The notes: a model not told the origin generated them from the sequence alone. A stretch of DNA of 51,452 nucleotides from a virus (IMGVR_UViG_3300045241_000033:1-51452); one strand, 5' to 3'; shown: positions 35,055-45,498, counted from the stretch's first letter. Numbers and translations are program-made.

Positions 35055-36116
35055 ATGGCAACAGACGCTACTGGTGCGCCTACTACTCTAGGCATCCCGA
35101 AGTTCAACACGTCCGCTGACGCCCCGTCAGGGCTCGGCAGCAACGCGCAGATGGACGCTATCGACGCGCTGCTTGCAGCGCGCGTGGTCAAGCCCCCAGG
35201 GATCAGTGCTGGTGAGGCCACGGTCTGGAACGGCGCAAGCTGGGATCGTTCCAGTGTCACGAAGATCACCGCTAATGGCGTGTCCGGTGTTAACGCTCAA
35301 GTCACTGGCGTCGTGGTCTCAGGCGCGAACACTGACCTCGCGTGGCCGGGTGGAGATGCTACGACCACGATGGTTGACGTAGGCACCACGGGCGGAACCC
35401 TTCGTACTCTAGCGGCCGCCAATAAGGGTGTGGGATCGCGGGTCATCTTCCGTAACAGCGGCGCGGGAACCCTGACCATTAAGAACCAGCTTGCGGGCGG
35501 TACCGGGTTTCAGTTCCTTATGCGAGGCTCAGCCCCCGCGGATCTAGTCCTCCAGATCGGGGACGTCGCGGAGTTTGTGCAGTACGGCTCGCTGTGGGTA
35601 GAGGTCTCCAAAGACCAGGCCCCCGTCGCTGGGGTTATTGCGCCGACGCACCTACCCAGCCAGGCCATGCTCGCCATGAGTTCGAAGGTCCTAGTTGCGA
35701 ACACGGTGTACCTAGTCCCCATCCCGAACGTCACCGTACCGACCTCCATCAGCCGTATCGACTGGGGAATCAATACGTTGGTGGCGGGTAACTATGACGT
35801 TGGCATCTACTACTCGGATGACGACGCCACCTTCACGTTGCTGGGTAGTAAGGGATCTACGGCGCAGCCTGGCGCGGTCGCGATCACGACTACGATTGCA
35901 TCTCAGACGATCACTCCGGTGGTCGGACGACGCTGGTACTACGCCCTCGCCCTCAGTTCAGCTTCGACCGTCAACGCGACCGGAACGGGTGGTGGTTCCG
36001 GCGCACTCGTCCCGGGCTTCAACAAGGCCGCCTCATTCCCTCTCCCGGGGTCATTGACGGCGATGACTTCTGGCTTCGCGGACATACAGGTTCCAACCAT
36101 CAATGGCCGCGTCTAA
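35055..36116 (+). CDS. Tail fibre / receptor-binding protein candidate
   Basis: T..LGIPK...D......N..MDAID N-terminus; Thr/Gly/Val-rich, atypical codon usage. Confidence 0.6.
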   Translation: MATDATGAPTTLGIPKFNTSADAPSGLGSNAQMDAIDALLAARVVKPPGISAGEATVWNGASWDRSSVTKITANGVSGVNAQVTGVVVSGANTDLAWPGGDATTTMVDVGTTGGTLRTLAAANKGVGSRVIFRNSGAGTLTIKNQLAGGTGFQFLMRGSAPADLVLQIGDVAEFVQYGSLWVEVSKDQAPVAGVIAPTHLPSQAMLAMSSKVLVANTVYLVPIPNVTVPTSISRIDWGINTLVAGNYDVGIYYSDDDATFTLLGSKGSTAQPGAVAITTTIASQTITPVVGRRWYYALALSSASTVNATGTGGGSGALVPGFNKAASFPLPGSLTAMTSGFADIQVPTINGRV

Positions 36117-36897
36117 GGTGTCTACCCCTTACGACGCACCAGTCCCTGGCGCAGTCGGCCAGATGAATGTCGCGCTGCTCGGGAAGACCGCGTACAACAA
36201 CACGTTGGCGCGGATCAACCGACAGCGGGGCTCGACCCTGCAGCAGTACGGCTACCTCGGCGATGTCGATCCGACCACGGGCGTTCTCGCGAACGTCCGC
36301 GTGGATCCGAACAACCGCTTCGGGGACTTCCAGTCGCTGCTGCGAAGCCACGCCGACCAAGCTCAACAGGCCGAGTTCAACTCACAGGAGCGCGGCCTAC
36401 ACGGCGGCATGGCGAACAAGGCGCAGAGCGATCTTCGCTACGGCTTCGGTCAGGACTCGGCGCATCTGGGGCAGAACTTCGCCAACCAGTTCACCGACTA
36501 CCAGGATCAGCAGTCGCAGGCTAAGTACGACTACGACAAGGCGCTCTACGAGCAGCAGCTGCAGGACGCTCAGAACGCCATCGCCAACGGGGACTTCAAC
36601 CCCGCGAACTATGGCGACAGTTCGTCCGACTCAACCGACTACGGCACTCCATACGACGGGGGCACGCTCTCCGCAGCGACCGACCCCTACACCGGGGCGG
36701 CGGCCGAGCACATCGCTGGCGGCTACGGCGGCTACGTCAACGCACCCGGCGGTGGGGCCTCGGCTACGGCCGCGGCGAACGCGGCCCTCAAGAAGGCGAA
36801 GGCCCCCGCGAAGCCGAGTGCGGCACGCGTAGCTAAGACGGTCGCCAAGGTTGTAGCGAAGAAGAAGCCCACATTCACCCAAGTCAAGAAGAAGTGA
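36103..36897 (+). CDS. Internal virion / ejection protein candidate
   Basis: Gln/Ala-rich with a basic tail; podoviral gene position. Confidence 0.55.
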   Translation: MAASKVSTPYDAPVPGAVGQMNVALLGKTAYNNTLARINRQRGSTLQQYGYLGDVDPTTGVLANVRVDPNNRFGDFQSLLRSHADQAQQAEFNSQERGLHGGMANKAQSDLRYGFGQDSAHLGQNFANQFTDYQDQQSQAKYDYDKALYEQQLQDAQNAIANGDFNPANYGDSSSDSTDYGTPYDGGTLSAATDPYTGAAAEHIAGGYGGYVNAPGGGASATAAANAALKKAKAPAKPSAARVAKTVAKVVAKKKPTFTQVKKK

Positions 36898-36909
36898 GGG
36901 AGGTAGCGA

Positions 36910-38310
36910 ATGGCTAAGGCACCGCCCAAGGCTCCGCAGGATGAACTGTGGCAGCGGGCTGCAGGCTCCAAGCCGAAGACACCTCCCAAGGTAGTCAAGG
37001 ATCAGCTGTGGGAGCGCGGCCCCGGCACGAAGAACAACACGCCGAAGCCCAAGGTCAAGCAGACCGCGCCGAAGCAGCCGCCGAAGAGTCTCTTCGGCGC
37101 ACAGTCGTCCGTCAACCGGCAGGCGAACCTACACAGCCTTTCGGCCAAGCAGGTGCAGACGCTCCTGGCGGCCAAGGGCTACAAGGTTCCGACATCGGGA
37201 AAGATGGACGCGCAGACGAAGACGGCGATTGACGCCTACGTCTCGAACAAGCCCCCGAAGCAGTACAACACCTGGGCGGCCAAGGTCTACGCCCCGAAGG
37301 CTGCTCCTCCGCACAGTCTCTTCGGCGCACAGACCGGCAAGATGGCTCCGACTCCTGCGGCTCCCGCTGGGAAGAAGCAGACGGGGCCGAAGGGTGGGCT
37401 TGGCGTAGACCTCGCCAACCTCAATGACATCGGGACGAGCATCGGCGTTGACACACCGGAGTCGTTCGCGGACGTCATCGCCAACGGCACCGCGGGGCAG
37501 GCCGTCACTGACGCTCAGCGTCAGATCGACCGAGCCCCGGCGCAGAACGCGCAGAACACGCACGACATCGGGCACTGGTACGACCAAGTGCTCGCGTCGC
37601 AGGCCACCGCGGCCGGGCGCGATGCCGAGATCGGCGCTGCCGGTACGAACTCGATTCGTGACGCAGTGAAGTCGGTTGTCGCCTCTCTCGGGGGCGCGGC
37701 TAACGAGGGCTCCGGCATGGTCGCCGCTGAAGGTCAGCGTGGGGCCGACATGCTGCAGGCGCTCTCCGCGAACGAGGATCAGTACAACGCGGACGTCCGG
37801 CCTCTCATGCAGGCCGAGTCGGCTGGCGCGAACACGCGCGAGCTTACTCGACAGAGCAACGACATGAAGGATCTGCAGAACAAGCTCACTGACGCCAAGA
37901 CGGCTAAGGGTGCTGCGCGCATCGATGCGCTGATGAAGATCCGAAGCGACAACAACGCGCTCGCACAACAGCGGTTCACGAACCAGCTGAACCTGTCCAA
38001 TGCGAAAGAGGCCGCTCTCATGAACGGGCTCAAGATCGCGGGCGGTGGTGCTTCGGCCACGTCACCTAACACGCTTGCGAAGGCGTCCAACGGTGCGATG
38101 AATCAGTTCATCGCGTACGACGACCAAGGCAATCAGATGCCCGGCTACAGCACGAAGGGCAAGAACCCGCAGCAGGTCGTGCAGATGGTCAACAACGCTT
38201 ACCTCGGCATGGGACTCAACCTCAAGGATCCCCGTGTCGCTCAGTCAGCGATGGCCACGCTCCGCGGGCTCGGGATCCAGCCGGATCCCCATTGGTACGG
38301 CCAAGGCTAA
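36910..38310 (+). CDS. Internal virion / ejection protein candidate
   Basis: Lys/Pro-rich N-terminus, PG-binding-like segment VQTLL...GY....G.MD..T..AI, helical C-terminus. Confidence 0.55.
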   Translation: MAKAPPKAPQDELWQRAAGSKPKTPPKVVKDQLWERGPGTKNNTPKPKVKQTAPKQPPKSLFGAQSSVNRQANLHSLSAKQVQTLLAAKGYKVPTSGKMDAQTKTAIDAYVSNKPPKQYNTWAAKVYAPKAAPPHSLFGAQTGKMAPTPAAPAGKKQTGPKGGLGVDLANLNDIGTSIGVDTPESFADVIANGTAGQAVTDAQRQIDRAPAQNAQNTHDIGHWYDQVLASQATAAGRDAEIGAAGTNSIRDAVKSVVASLGGAANEGSGMVAAEGQRGADMLQALSANEDQYNADVRPLMQAESAGANTRELTRQSNDMKDLQNKLTDAKTAKGAARIDALMKIRSDNNALAQQRFTNQLNLSNAKEAALMNGLKIAGGGASATSPNTLAKASNGAMNQFIAYDDQGNQMPGYSTKGKNPQQVVQMVNNAYLGMGLNLKDPRVAQSAMATLRGLGIQPDPHWYGQG

Positions 38311-38334
38311 GCCCACAAATGAGAGGAGGCCCTA

Positions 38335-40590
38335 ATGGGTATGTACTCCCCGCCGAAGAAGCTCTACAGGGCCCCCGCTAAGTCGTCGAAGTCCGGCGGC
38401 TTTCTACACGCGCTGGGTGCCCCTGCGAAGTTCGCGGGGCACCTGGCGGAAGACATCGGCCACACAGCGATGGGCCTCGGCCCTGGCCTCGTGCAGACGG
38501 TGTCGCATCCGATCCGCTCCATCGAGGAGATGGGCAAGTCGAGCTGGCAGGACTGGTCGCCGCTCTTCCACGGCCACGTAGGACAGTGGGCCCACAACTT
38601 CTACGCGCACCCGCTCGCGCCGATCCTCGACATCGCCGCGGTCGCCGGTATCGCAGCCGCGCCCTTCACGGGCGGGGCCTCCCTCGCGCTCGACACGGCG
38701 GATGCCGGATTCCGCGAGGCCTCGTTCATCGGCAAGCTCGGCAAGGCCGCGAAGGCGACCGAGATGAAGACGAAGACGTCAGAGGGTATCGCGGTCACGA
38801 AGCAGCTCCGGCGCGCCCCGCTCGCGAGCATGCGCCAGGTGGCGCTGCACGAGCTGGCGACCAAGACGGAGCAATACCTGCCGAACTGGCTCACGCCGAC
38901 GGCGAGGGCTGACCGGACTCTGGCGCGCCAGGTCATGCACAACCGGGTCGCGCTGCACAACCAGCTCGACAAGGAAGTTGCGTACCACGCGCAGGTCGCC
39001 GCGCTCGTTGCGGCCGGGGAGAAGCTGGGCTCCATCTCGGAGCGCACCGCGATCCTGCGCCACAACTACGAGCAGTTCAAGACGTACGCCCACACCTGGG
39101 ACGGCCCCAAGATCGCGGAGAACTGGAACGGCAAGGACATCAAGCCGCCACCCGGATTCGACTTCGTGCGGGCCACGCCTAAGGATCTGACGAGCCACGC
39201 TAAGACCGCCGCGGACTACCCCGGCGAACTGGAGCGCGCGCATCACCGGATGATGACGGACGTCGGCTCTGAGGCGGCGAAGAACGCCGAGGGCAAGTAC
39301 CTCGTCGTCCCTTCGCACACCGCGAAGAACATGATGCTGGAGGCGAGCCACGGCGCGTCCTCCCTGCTTCGGATCGTCACGACGCCTTGGAAGCTCATTC
39401 AGGTCGGCTGGGCTCCGCGCTCGCTGATGAACAACAGCGTCGGCAACGTCGCGATGACCATCGCCGAGCACCGGCCGGTCGCACTCGTGCACGGTCTACT
39501 CGACGCCTTCCGGCAGTCGGGGAACCGCAAGGCCGCGATGGGCCTCATCACGCACGGCACCGAGGCGCTTAACTGGCACGGGATCGAGCGTCACTTCCAC
39601 GACGTCATGGATTCGCCGAGCGCGTTCGACAACCCGCTCAGCGGGATGGGCTCAACGAAAGGCGTCAGGGGGAAGTTGAAGAGCGGCTTCTACCCGCTCA
39701 TCCACAAGCAGGAGCAGTTCCTTAAGCTCGTCTCGCTGAACGCGCATCTGCGCGGATCGGCCGAGGTCAAGGCTGCGATGAAGTCGGGGGCCTCGTACGA
39801 GGAGGCAGCCAACTCCGCGCTCGAAGCGAGCATGCCTCTGCGTAACGCTACGGCGAAGCGCGCGTTCGACACGATGGGCGACTACCGCACGTTCAACAAG
39901 GTCGAACGTGGGGCTCGCGAGATCATGCCGTTCTACTCCTGGAACAAGCACATCACGCTGCACACGGCGTCCATGCTCGATGAGCATCCCGTGCGTCTCG
40001 CGATGGCGGGCCAGATGGGTACGGAGGGCAAGGACACCGTCGAGAAGATCATCGGCAAGGTTCCTACGTACATGGAGGGCGTCGTCCCGCTCTCGATGCT
40101 CGGGCTCGGCAAGGGGAAGGTGCTCGGAACACACGGCATGAACCCCTACTCCACGGTCGGCGACATCGCCGGACTCGTGCGCGGCCTCACGGTCGGCGGG
40201 TCGGATCACGCCGGGTCAGACATCGCAAGCGGTGTCAACCCGTTCCTCGTGAGCGCCATGGAGCACATCACCGGCCACCGTGTCGGCACGGACGTCCCGA
40301 TCAGCACGAAGGGCGGGCTCGTTCCGTCCACGCTGGCGGACGTGCTGAGCAAGGTATCGGAGATGCGGCTGGCTACCACGCTGGTTACAGGCGAGCAGCA
40401 GCCTCACCCGAACGCACGCACTGGCAAGGTCACTCCGTTCCTGTACCGCAAGGACGCGAAGTCGCAGGCCCTCGGCCTGCTCGGCCTGCCGGTCAAGGAA
40501 GTCAACACCTCAAGGGCGCACGAGCTGGCTAACAAAGAGCAAGGCGTCAAGAAGCGCAAGAAGCGCAAAGTCCAACACGGTCTGTTCTAA
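38335..40590 (+). CDS. Large internal virion protein candidate
   Basis: 751 aa; IMPFYSW motif; no tape-measure-like repeats. Confidence 0.6.
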   Translation: MGMYSPPKKLYRAPAKSSKSGGFLHALGAPAKFAGHLAEDIGHTAMGLGPGLVQTVSHPIRSIEEMGKSSWQDWSPLFHGHVGQWAHNFYAHPLAPILDIAAVAGIAAAPFTGGASLALDTADAGFREASFIGKLGKAAKATEMKTKTSEGIAVTKQLRRAPLASMRQVALHELATKTEQYLPNWLTPTARADRTLARQVMHNRVALHNQLDKEVAYHAQVAALVAAGEKLGSISERTAILRHNYEQFKTYAHTWDGPKIAENWNGKDIKPPPGFDFVRATPKDLTSHAKTAADYPGELERAHHRMMTDVGSEAAKNAEGKYLVVPSHTAKNMMLEASHGASSLLRIVTTPWKLIQVGWAPRSLMNNSVGNVAMTIAEHRPVALVHGLLDAFRQSGNRKAAMGLITHGTEALNWHGIERHFHDVMDSPSAFDNPLSGMGSTKGVRGKLKSGFYPLIHKQEQFLKLVSLNAHLRGSAEVKAAMKSGASYEEAANSALEASMPLRNATAKRAFDTMGDYRTFNKVERGAREIMPFYSWNKHITLHTASMLDEHPVRLAMAGQMGTEGKDTVEKIIGKVPTYMEGVVPLSMLGLGKGKVLGTHGMNPYSTVGDIAGLVRGLTVGGSDHAGSDIASGVNPFLVSAMEHITGHRVGTDVPISTKGGLVPSTLADVLSKVSEMRLATTLVTGEQQPHPNARTGKVTPFLYRKDAKSQALGLLGLPVKEVNTSRAHELANKEQGVKKRKKRKVQHGLF

Positions 40591-40605
40591 GAGAGGGGGC
40601 TCCAC

Positions 40606-41571
40606 TTGGCAGCATTTCACGGCTGGGCCGTGGGGGTCTTGCATTCCATCGGGGCCCCCATCACCCCGCAGAACATGCGCGCGCTCCAGGCCTGGCAGCA
40701 GGCCGAGGGCGGATCCGCGAGCTTCAACCCGCTGAATACGACGCAGCCCTCAAGCGGGGCCGGTAACTACAACTCGGTCGGCGTCAAGGTCTACAAGAGC
40801 GCGCAGCAGGGCATCCACGCCACCGCGCAGACGCTGCTGAATGGGCACTACGGCTCCATCGTCGGGCTTCTCCGGTCGGGGAAGGCGACCGCGGAGCAGA
40901 TCGGGACGGCCGTCGCTCACTCCCCCTGGGGAACCGGCGGGGGCGTCCTACGCGTTCTAGGCTCGGGCCCAGTACAGGTGCCCGGCAGCCCTGCCGCACC
41001 GCCCGGAGGAGCACCTGGGGCGAGTGGTGCAGGAGGGGGCGCTGTACAGGCTCTGCAACAGCAGGCGCTCAAGGCCATGGCCACGGCCTCCCTTATGCAG
41101 CCTGGAGGGCCGAGCGGCAGCGACCTCCTCTCGATGGCCATCGCGCGCAAGCAGGCGGAGAAGGCGCAGCAGCAATTTCCCGGCGGGGCTCAGGGCCCTG
41201 TCGTACCGAAGAACGCCGCGGCCTACAAGGGCCAGATCCAGTACATCGGAAACACGGCAGGCGTCAAACCTGCCTTCCTCCGCAGTCTGGGTCAGGCGGC
41301 CATGTCGGTCGGCGGCACGAAGATTCGCGTCCGCTCGGGCTACCGCAGCCCGGAGCACAACGCTGCGGTCGGCGGTGTGGCCCGCTCGAACCACACGACC
41401 GGAGACGCGATGGACGGCGACGTCTTCATCCCGAACAAGGGATGGATCCCGCTCGGGGTCGCGCTCCAGTCCGCAGCATCCAAGTACGGCCTTCGCTCCG
41501 GCAACGTGCCGGGCTTCTACCGCGGCGGGCTCGACCCGCCGCACGTCGATGACGGCGCTAACCAGAGATAG
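40606..41571 (+). CDS. Virion peptidoglycan hydrolase: lysozyme-like N domain plus peptidase M15 domain
   Basis: AW..AEGG...FNPLNTT; SGYRSPEHNAAVGG..RSNH..GDA.D...H.D. Confidence 0.8.
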   Translation: MAAFHGWAVGVLHSIGAPITPQNMRALQAWQQAEGGSASFNPLNTTQPSSGAGNYNSVGVKVYKSAQQGIHATAQTLLNGHYGSIVGLLRSGKATAEQIGTAVAHSPWGTGGGVLRVLGSGPVQVPGSPAAPPGGAPGASGAGGGAVQALQQQALKAMATASLMQPGGPSGSDLLSMAIARKQAEKAQQQFPGGAQGPVVPKNAAAYKGQIQYIGNTAGVKPAFLRSLGQAAMSVGGTKIRVRSGYRSPEHNAAVGGVARSNHTTGDAMDGDVFIPNKGWIPLGVALQSAASKYGLRSGNVPGFYRGGLDPPHVDDGANQR

Positions 41572-41579
41572 GAGGGTCG

Positions 41580-42932
41580 ATGGCTGACAATGTAATCTAC
41601 TCGCGCTCCACGGAGTCCGTACAGCCGGACTACAAGACCCTCGCCGCTAAGGGCGTAACGGTCGCGCTGAATGCGAACGATCCGCATCTCGCCGAGCAGG
41701 TTGCTCGCGCTCGCGAGAACGGCATGAACCCCGCCATCTGGATCCCCGCCGGAACCGGCGCAGATCCTGCGGCCTACGCCCAGAAGATGGCGGCCATCGT
41801 CCAGCAGTACAAGCCCAGCTCGATCATCCCGAACATCGAGCAGGACGGCAAGGGGTACGAGGGATCGAAGGGCTGGAATTGGTCGGCCCAGATGATGGCC
41901 GAGTACCAGAAGTACGTTCCGGCTGGCTCCGGCCCGCCGCTATCCGTGTCCGTGATGGGCGAGAAGGACTTCAACTACAAGCCCTACATCGACTACGGCG
42001 GGAACGTGCAGGCCGAGACGTTCGGTGCTAAGACGTCCGACCACAAGGACGTCGATGCCATGCGTCAGACGCTGCTCGACGCGGGCGTCCCGGAGAACCG
42101 GATCACGATGCTGCTCGCTCCGGGCCAGAGCGCCCAGAACTGGAAGGGCAGCACCGCCGGGTACACGCTCGACGACATGAGCCCGCAGCAGCTCTCGCAG
42201 ATGCAGAACAACGCCAGCTCCGCCGTGTCGGGTACGCAGAGCGGGACGCAAGTTGACGGCCCGAGCGTGTACACGAACGCAGGGTTTGCACAGTCCACGG
42301 ACGCGAAGGATCCACGCGCAGTCGCGTATGCGAAGCAGAGGCTCGCTCAGCTGCAGAAGCAGGGCTACTCCCCGAAGGACTTCGGCATCACCGGAGATCC
42401 GACGGCGCAGTGGCGCGCGATGTCCAGCATCATGGGGGCCGAGGCCGCGATCAACTCAGGCCACCCCGAGGCCTACCACGTCGGTGCAGACGTTCCGTCC
42501 TCAGTTGCGGACGTCGTCAACGGCCTGCTCAAGGGCGCAACCTCACGAAACGCAGGCCCAGGCTCTGACGCTCCGGCCTCCCTCGTGAACGCACCGGCTC
42601 CGGCCTACACACCGCCGACCGACCTGCAAGGGATCCCTGCCGGTACAGACACGTCGGGAATCGACTCGGTCATGAAGACCATCCTCGCCGCACAGCACGT
42701 TCGTCAGCTCGCCACGCCGGGTCAGGCTCCGCAGGCTCCGCGTCCCGTGACTCCGCAGGGCCCGGTCGCTCCGGCGGCACCTCGAACTGTTGCACAGCTT
42801 CAACCGCACCAGATGATCCCGCTCACGCCGGAAGCGAAGCGTGTCGGGCCTATGCAGCAGGCGATCCAGGTTGCCGCCGCACTCAAGACGCTCCGACAAC
42901 TCCGTCCCTCTACCCCCGTCAAGGTGGACTAA
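41580..42932 (+). CDS. Protein with N-terminal TIM-barrel glycoside-hydrolase-like domain
   Basis: N-terminal ~200 aa aligns by eye with 44226-44882; low-complexity C-terminus. Confidence 0.5.
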   Translation: MADNVIYSRSTESVQPDYKTLAAKGVTVALNANDPHLAEQVARARENGMNPAIWIPAGTGADPAAYAQKMAAIVQQYKPSSIIPNIEQDGKGYEGSKGWNWSAQMMAEYQKYVPAGSGPPLSVSVMGEKDFNYKPYIDYGGNVQAETFGAKTSDHKDVDAMRQTLLDAGVPENRITMLLAPGQSAQNWKGSTAGYTLDDMSPQQLSQMQNNASSAVSGTQSGTQVDGPSVYTNAGFAQSTDAKDPRAVAYAKQRLAQLQKQGYSPKDFGITGDPTAQWRAMSSIMGAEAAINSGHPEAYHVGADVPSSVADVVNGLLKGATSRNAGPGSDAPASLVNAPAPAYTPPTDLQGIPAGTDTSGIDSVMKTILAAQHVRQLATPGQAPQAPRPVTPQGPVAPAAPRTVAQLQPHQMIPLTPEAKRVGPMQQAIQVAAALKTLRQLRPSTPVKVD

Positions 42933-43271
42933 TTGGACCACGAACTCAGTAACAAGGACGCCGAGATCACCGAGGCGAAGGTTACGTACACCACGAAGGA
43001 GCTGCTGCAGCGCATTGACGACCGCTTCGACCGACTGGAGCACATCGCCGAATCCGCCGCTAGCCGTACGGACATGGAGAAGGTCATCGTCCGGGTTGAC
43101 AAGCTAGAGCGAGATTCCGAAGGGACGAAGGCAGTCGCCAAAGCCCTTCTGCTCGACGGCAAGGATCGCTGGTCGAGGAACGAGAAGATCGCCGGTCTGC
43201 TTGTCGCGATCGTCGCTCTCGCGCCCAGCGTCACCACGCTCGTACACATCCTCGCACACACACAGAACTAA
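42933..43271 (+). CDS. Membrane protein, lysis cassette
   Basis: Coiled coil plus C-terminal transmembrane helix. Confidence 0.6.
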   Translation: MDHELSNKDAEITEAKVTYTTKELLQRIDDRFDRLEHIAESAASRTDMEKVIVRVDKLERDSEGTKAVAKALLLDGKDRWSRNEKIAGLLVAIVALAPSVTTLVHILAHTQN

Positions 43272-43281
43272 GGAGAATCAC

Positions 43282-43452
43282 ATGCCCGCAGTTGTTAAGC
43301 GCGTCGCGCGCGCCGTTGTGGCCGCCGTCGCATCCACCGACGCCGTCAAGGCCGAGCGCAGTCTCGCCGCCCTCATCGTCGTCCGCGTTCTTCTCTCCCT
43401 CGGCGCTAGCGTCGGGATCGTAGACATCGTCTCGAAGATCATCGGCGCGTAA
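43282..43452 (+). CDS. Small hydrophobic protein, holin candidate
   Basis: AAGGAG RBS; hydrophobic; precedes the endolysin. Confidence 0.5.
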   Translation: MPAVVKRVARAVVAAVASTDAVKAERSLAALIVVRVLLSLGASVGIVDIVSKIIGA

Positions 43453-43545
43453 GTTGGTCGGCAAACTCGCCAGCTGGCTACTCTTCTTGGTCGGTACGCT
43501 GGTCGAGAAGATCCTCGGCAAGACCATGTTCTTCCCGGACGAGTA

Positions 43546-44229
43546 ATGACCTCCTCCGGCTGGCTCTGGGGAGCCGCCGGGCACAAGGTCGAGCACATGC
43601 CTATGCCTCACCCCGCCGAGCGCGTTGATATGCGCGTTCATCCGCAGGGCGTGATGCACACGATTGAGGGCTCACTCGAATCTGGCCTGGCGGTTTTCCG
43701 GCAGCACTACTCCCCGACCTTCACAGTCGGGCCTGGACGAATCATCCAGCACATCCCGCTCGGCTTCATCGCCGCTGCGCTCGAACACACCCGCAACCCG
43801 CCGACCAACGGCTGGGCGCGCGTGCAGATCGAGGTGGCCGGGCACAGTCGCACCACACGGTGGCTGCCGGACGCGAAGACGCTCAACAGTCTCGCGCACC
43901 TGCTCGCTACGCTCTCGCTCGCTCCCACGAATATCCCGCTGACGCGGCCGTTCGTGGACATCATGCCGCCGCAGCCGTGGGCTACGCCCACCTTCTCGCG
44001 TCGGCTGGCGGGGCACTGGGGCGAGACCGCGGGGTGGTACGGGCACGTCGAGATCCCCGAGAACTCGCACTGGGATCCGGGCGCGCTCAACTGGTCGCTC
44101 CTGCTTCGTCAAGCGGAGGTCATTCGCAAGATGACCACGAAGCCGAACAAGCCGCACGTCGTCCCTCGTCCTAAGCACATCCCCAAGGCGGTCTGGCACC
44201 GCGTACGCGGAAGGACGATGACACTGTGA
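43546..44229 (+). CDS. Endolysin, N-acetylmuramoyl-L-alanine amidase
   Basis: VMHTIEG, QIEVAG, GHVEIPENSHWDPG. Confidence 0.85.
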   Translation: MTSSGWLWGAAGHKVEHMPMPHPAERVDMRVHPQGVMHTIEGSLESGLAVFRQHYSPTFTVGPGRIIQHIPLGFIAAALEHTRNPPTNGWARVQIEVAGHSRTTRWLPDAKTLNSLAHLLATLSLAPTNIPLTRPFVDIMPPQPWATPTFSRRLAGHWGETAGWYGHVEIPENSHWDPGALNWSLLLRQAEVIRKMTTKPNKPHVVPRPKHIPKAVWHRVRGRTMTL

Positions 44230-44882
44230 GAGCTGCACTGATCCTCATGGGCGGCCCGAAGTGGCCGGACGGCACGAAGCTGAAGGCACACGGCGTCACG
44301 CGCCTCTATTACGAGGCCCGCGATTCGCAGTTCACCGCCGACGTCGCGAAGACGTTGCGCGGACTCGGCTACGAGGTCGGGCTCGACTACGACCCGAGCT
44401 GGGACGGCTGGCCGACGCCGGAGGCCGCGGTGCAGAAGGTGCTCAAGCACCTAGTGCGCCTCGGCTCGCTCAAGGCGAACACCGACGGCACGCTGACGCC
44501 GCTGGCACCGATGCCGGTCATGCTCGACATGGAGCACCATGACCCGGTGTACGCCGAGGCGTTCCTGCGCGAGTTCCGCCGACTGCAGCCCGGACGAAAC
44601 ATCGTCTGGACGCTGGAGTCGATGCAGGCGGGCTGGTTCGATGACAGCCTCGTCGAGCTGCTCAACGAGTACGCGCAGTTGCGTGTCGCTCCGCAGTTCT
44701 ACGGCGGCGACATGACGCCCTTCGCGGGCGATCAGGCCTTCAAGGATCTGATCGTGCACGGCGTCAACGCTGCACGGCTCGTGGGGTTCTACGGACTCCG
44801 CGATCAGCACGAGGCACCGCTGCCGATTCCCCTCTGGTGGGACGGCATCCTCTACGTCGAGCACATGTCGCAGCTCGTGTAG
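44226..44882 (+). CDS. TIM-barrel glycoside-hydrolase-like protein
   Basis: VMLDMEH acidic motif, PQFY; directly after the amidase. Confidence 0.5.
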   Translation: MRAALILMGGPKWPDGTKLKAHGVTRLYYEARDSQFTADVAKTLRGLGYEVGLDYDPSWDGWPTPEAAVQKVLKHLVRLGSLKANTDGTLTPLAPMPVMLDMEHHDPVYAEAFLREFRRLQPGRNIVWTLESMQAGWFDDSLVELLNEYAQLRVAPQFYGGDMTPFAGDQAFKDLIVHGVNAARLVGFYGLRDQHEAPLPIPLWWDGILYVEHMSQLV

Positions 44883-44885
44883 CAC

Positions 44886-44939
44886 AAAAAGAGCCCCCTG
44901 GCTCTACCCTTTACGGGGTAGGCCCAGGGGGCGTTTTTT
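44886..44939. terminator. Bidirectional intrinsic terminator at end of late arm
   Basis: A5, GCCCCCTGG...CCAGGGGGC stem, T6. Confidence 0.8.
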
Positions 44940-45194
44940 CGTGGCTAAAGATGGGCCGAACGGCCTATGGCGAGATGGCAACACCGGCCGATAGTTTGGC
45001 AACAACACCCACCACGGAAGAAGGGGAGCACGAAGTGAAAGCCATCATCGGTGATCTCATATACGCAGCCGCGGCCTGGTGCCCGACGTACACGTACCGG
45101 CTGTTTAGGCTCGTCGAGCAGGCGCTCGACAACGTAGGAATGTAGGGGTCTTCGGCTGGAGGGCCGCCGGTTTCCTAGCGGCGGGCGGCCCTGA

Positions 45195-45267
45195 AGCCGG
45201 AGAGCGGACTCGAACCGCTGACCCCGCCCTTACGAGGGGCGTGCTCTACCAACTGAGCTACTCCGGC
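45195..45267 (-). tRNA. tRNA-Thr(CGT)
   Basis: Complete cloverleaf GCCGGAG...CGCCC-CT-CGT-AA-GGGCG...AGCGG-TTCGAGT-CCGCT-CTCCGGC-T; CCA not encoded. Confidence 0.95.
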
Positions 45268-45440
45268 AGCCGTAGCACGTAGACCTTACCGCGCAGCTGC
45301 ACCGCCCAACGGCGCGGAAAGAGCATCCGCAGGACGGGAAGCCATCGCGACGTACGCAACGGAAAATCAAGCCATAGAGCATTACTCGTGTGCTTCAATG
45401 GGTCTCCAGTCGTAGAGGGGCCAGCAGGTTACGAGTGCAG

Positions 45441-45468
45441 TTGACAGATAGGCTGGCTCCTGTACAGT
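45441..45468 (+). promoter_or_regulatory. Putative housekeeping-sigma promoter of the integrase
   Basis: TTGACA-N16-TACAGT about 30 bp upstream of the ATG. Confidence 0.55.
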
Positions 45469-45498
45469 GTCTAGGTAGAACACTTCATAGGAGGCAGC

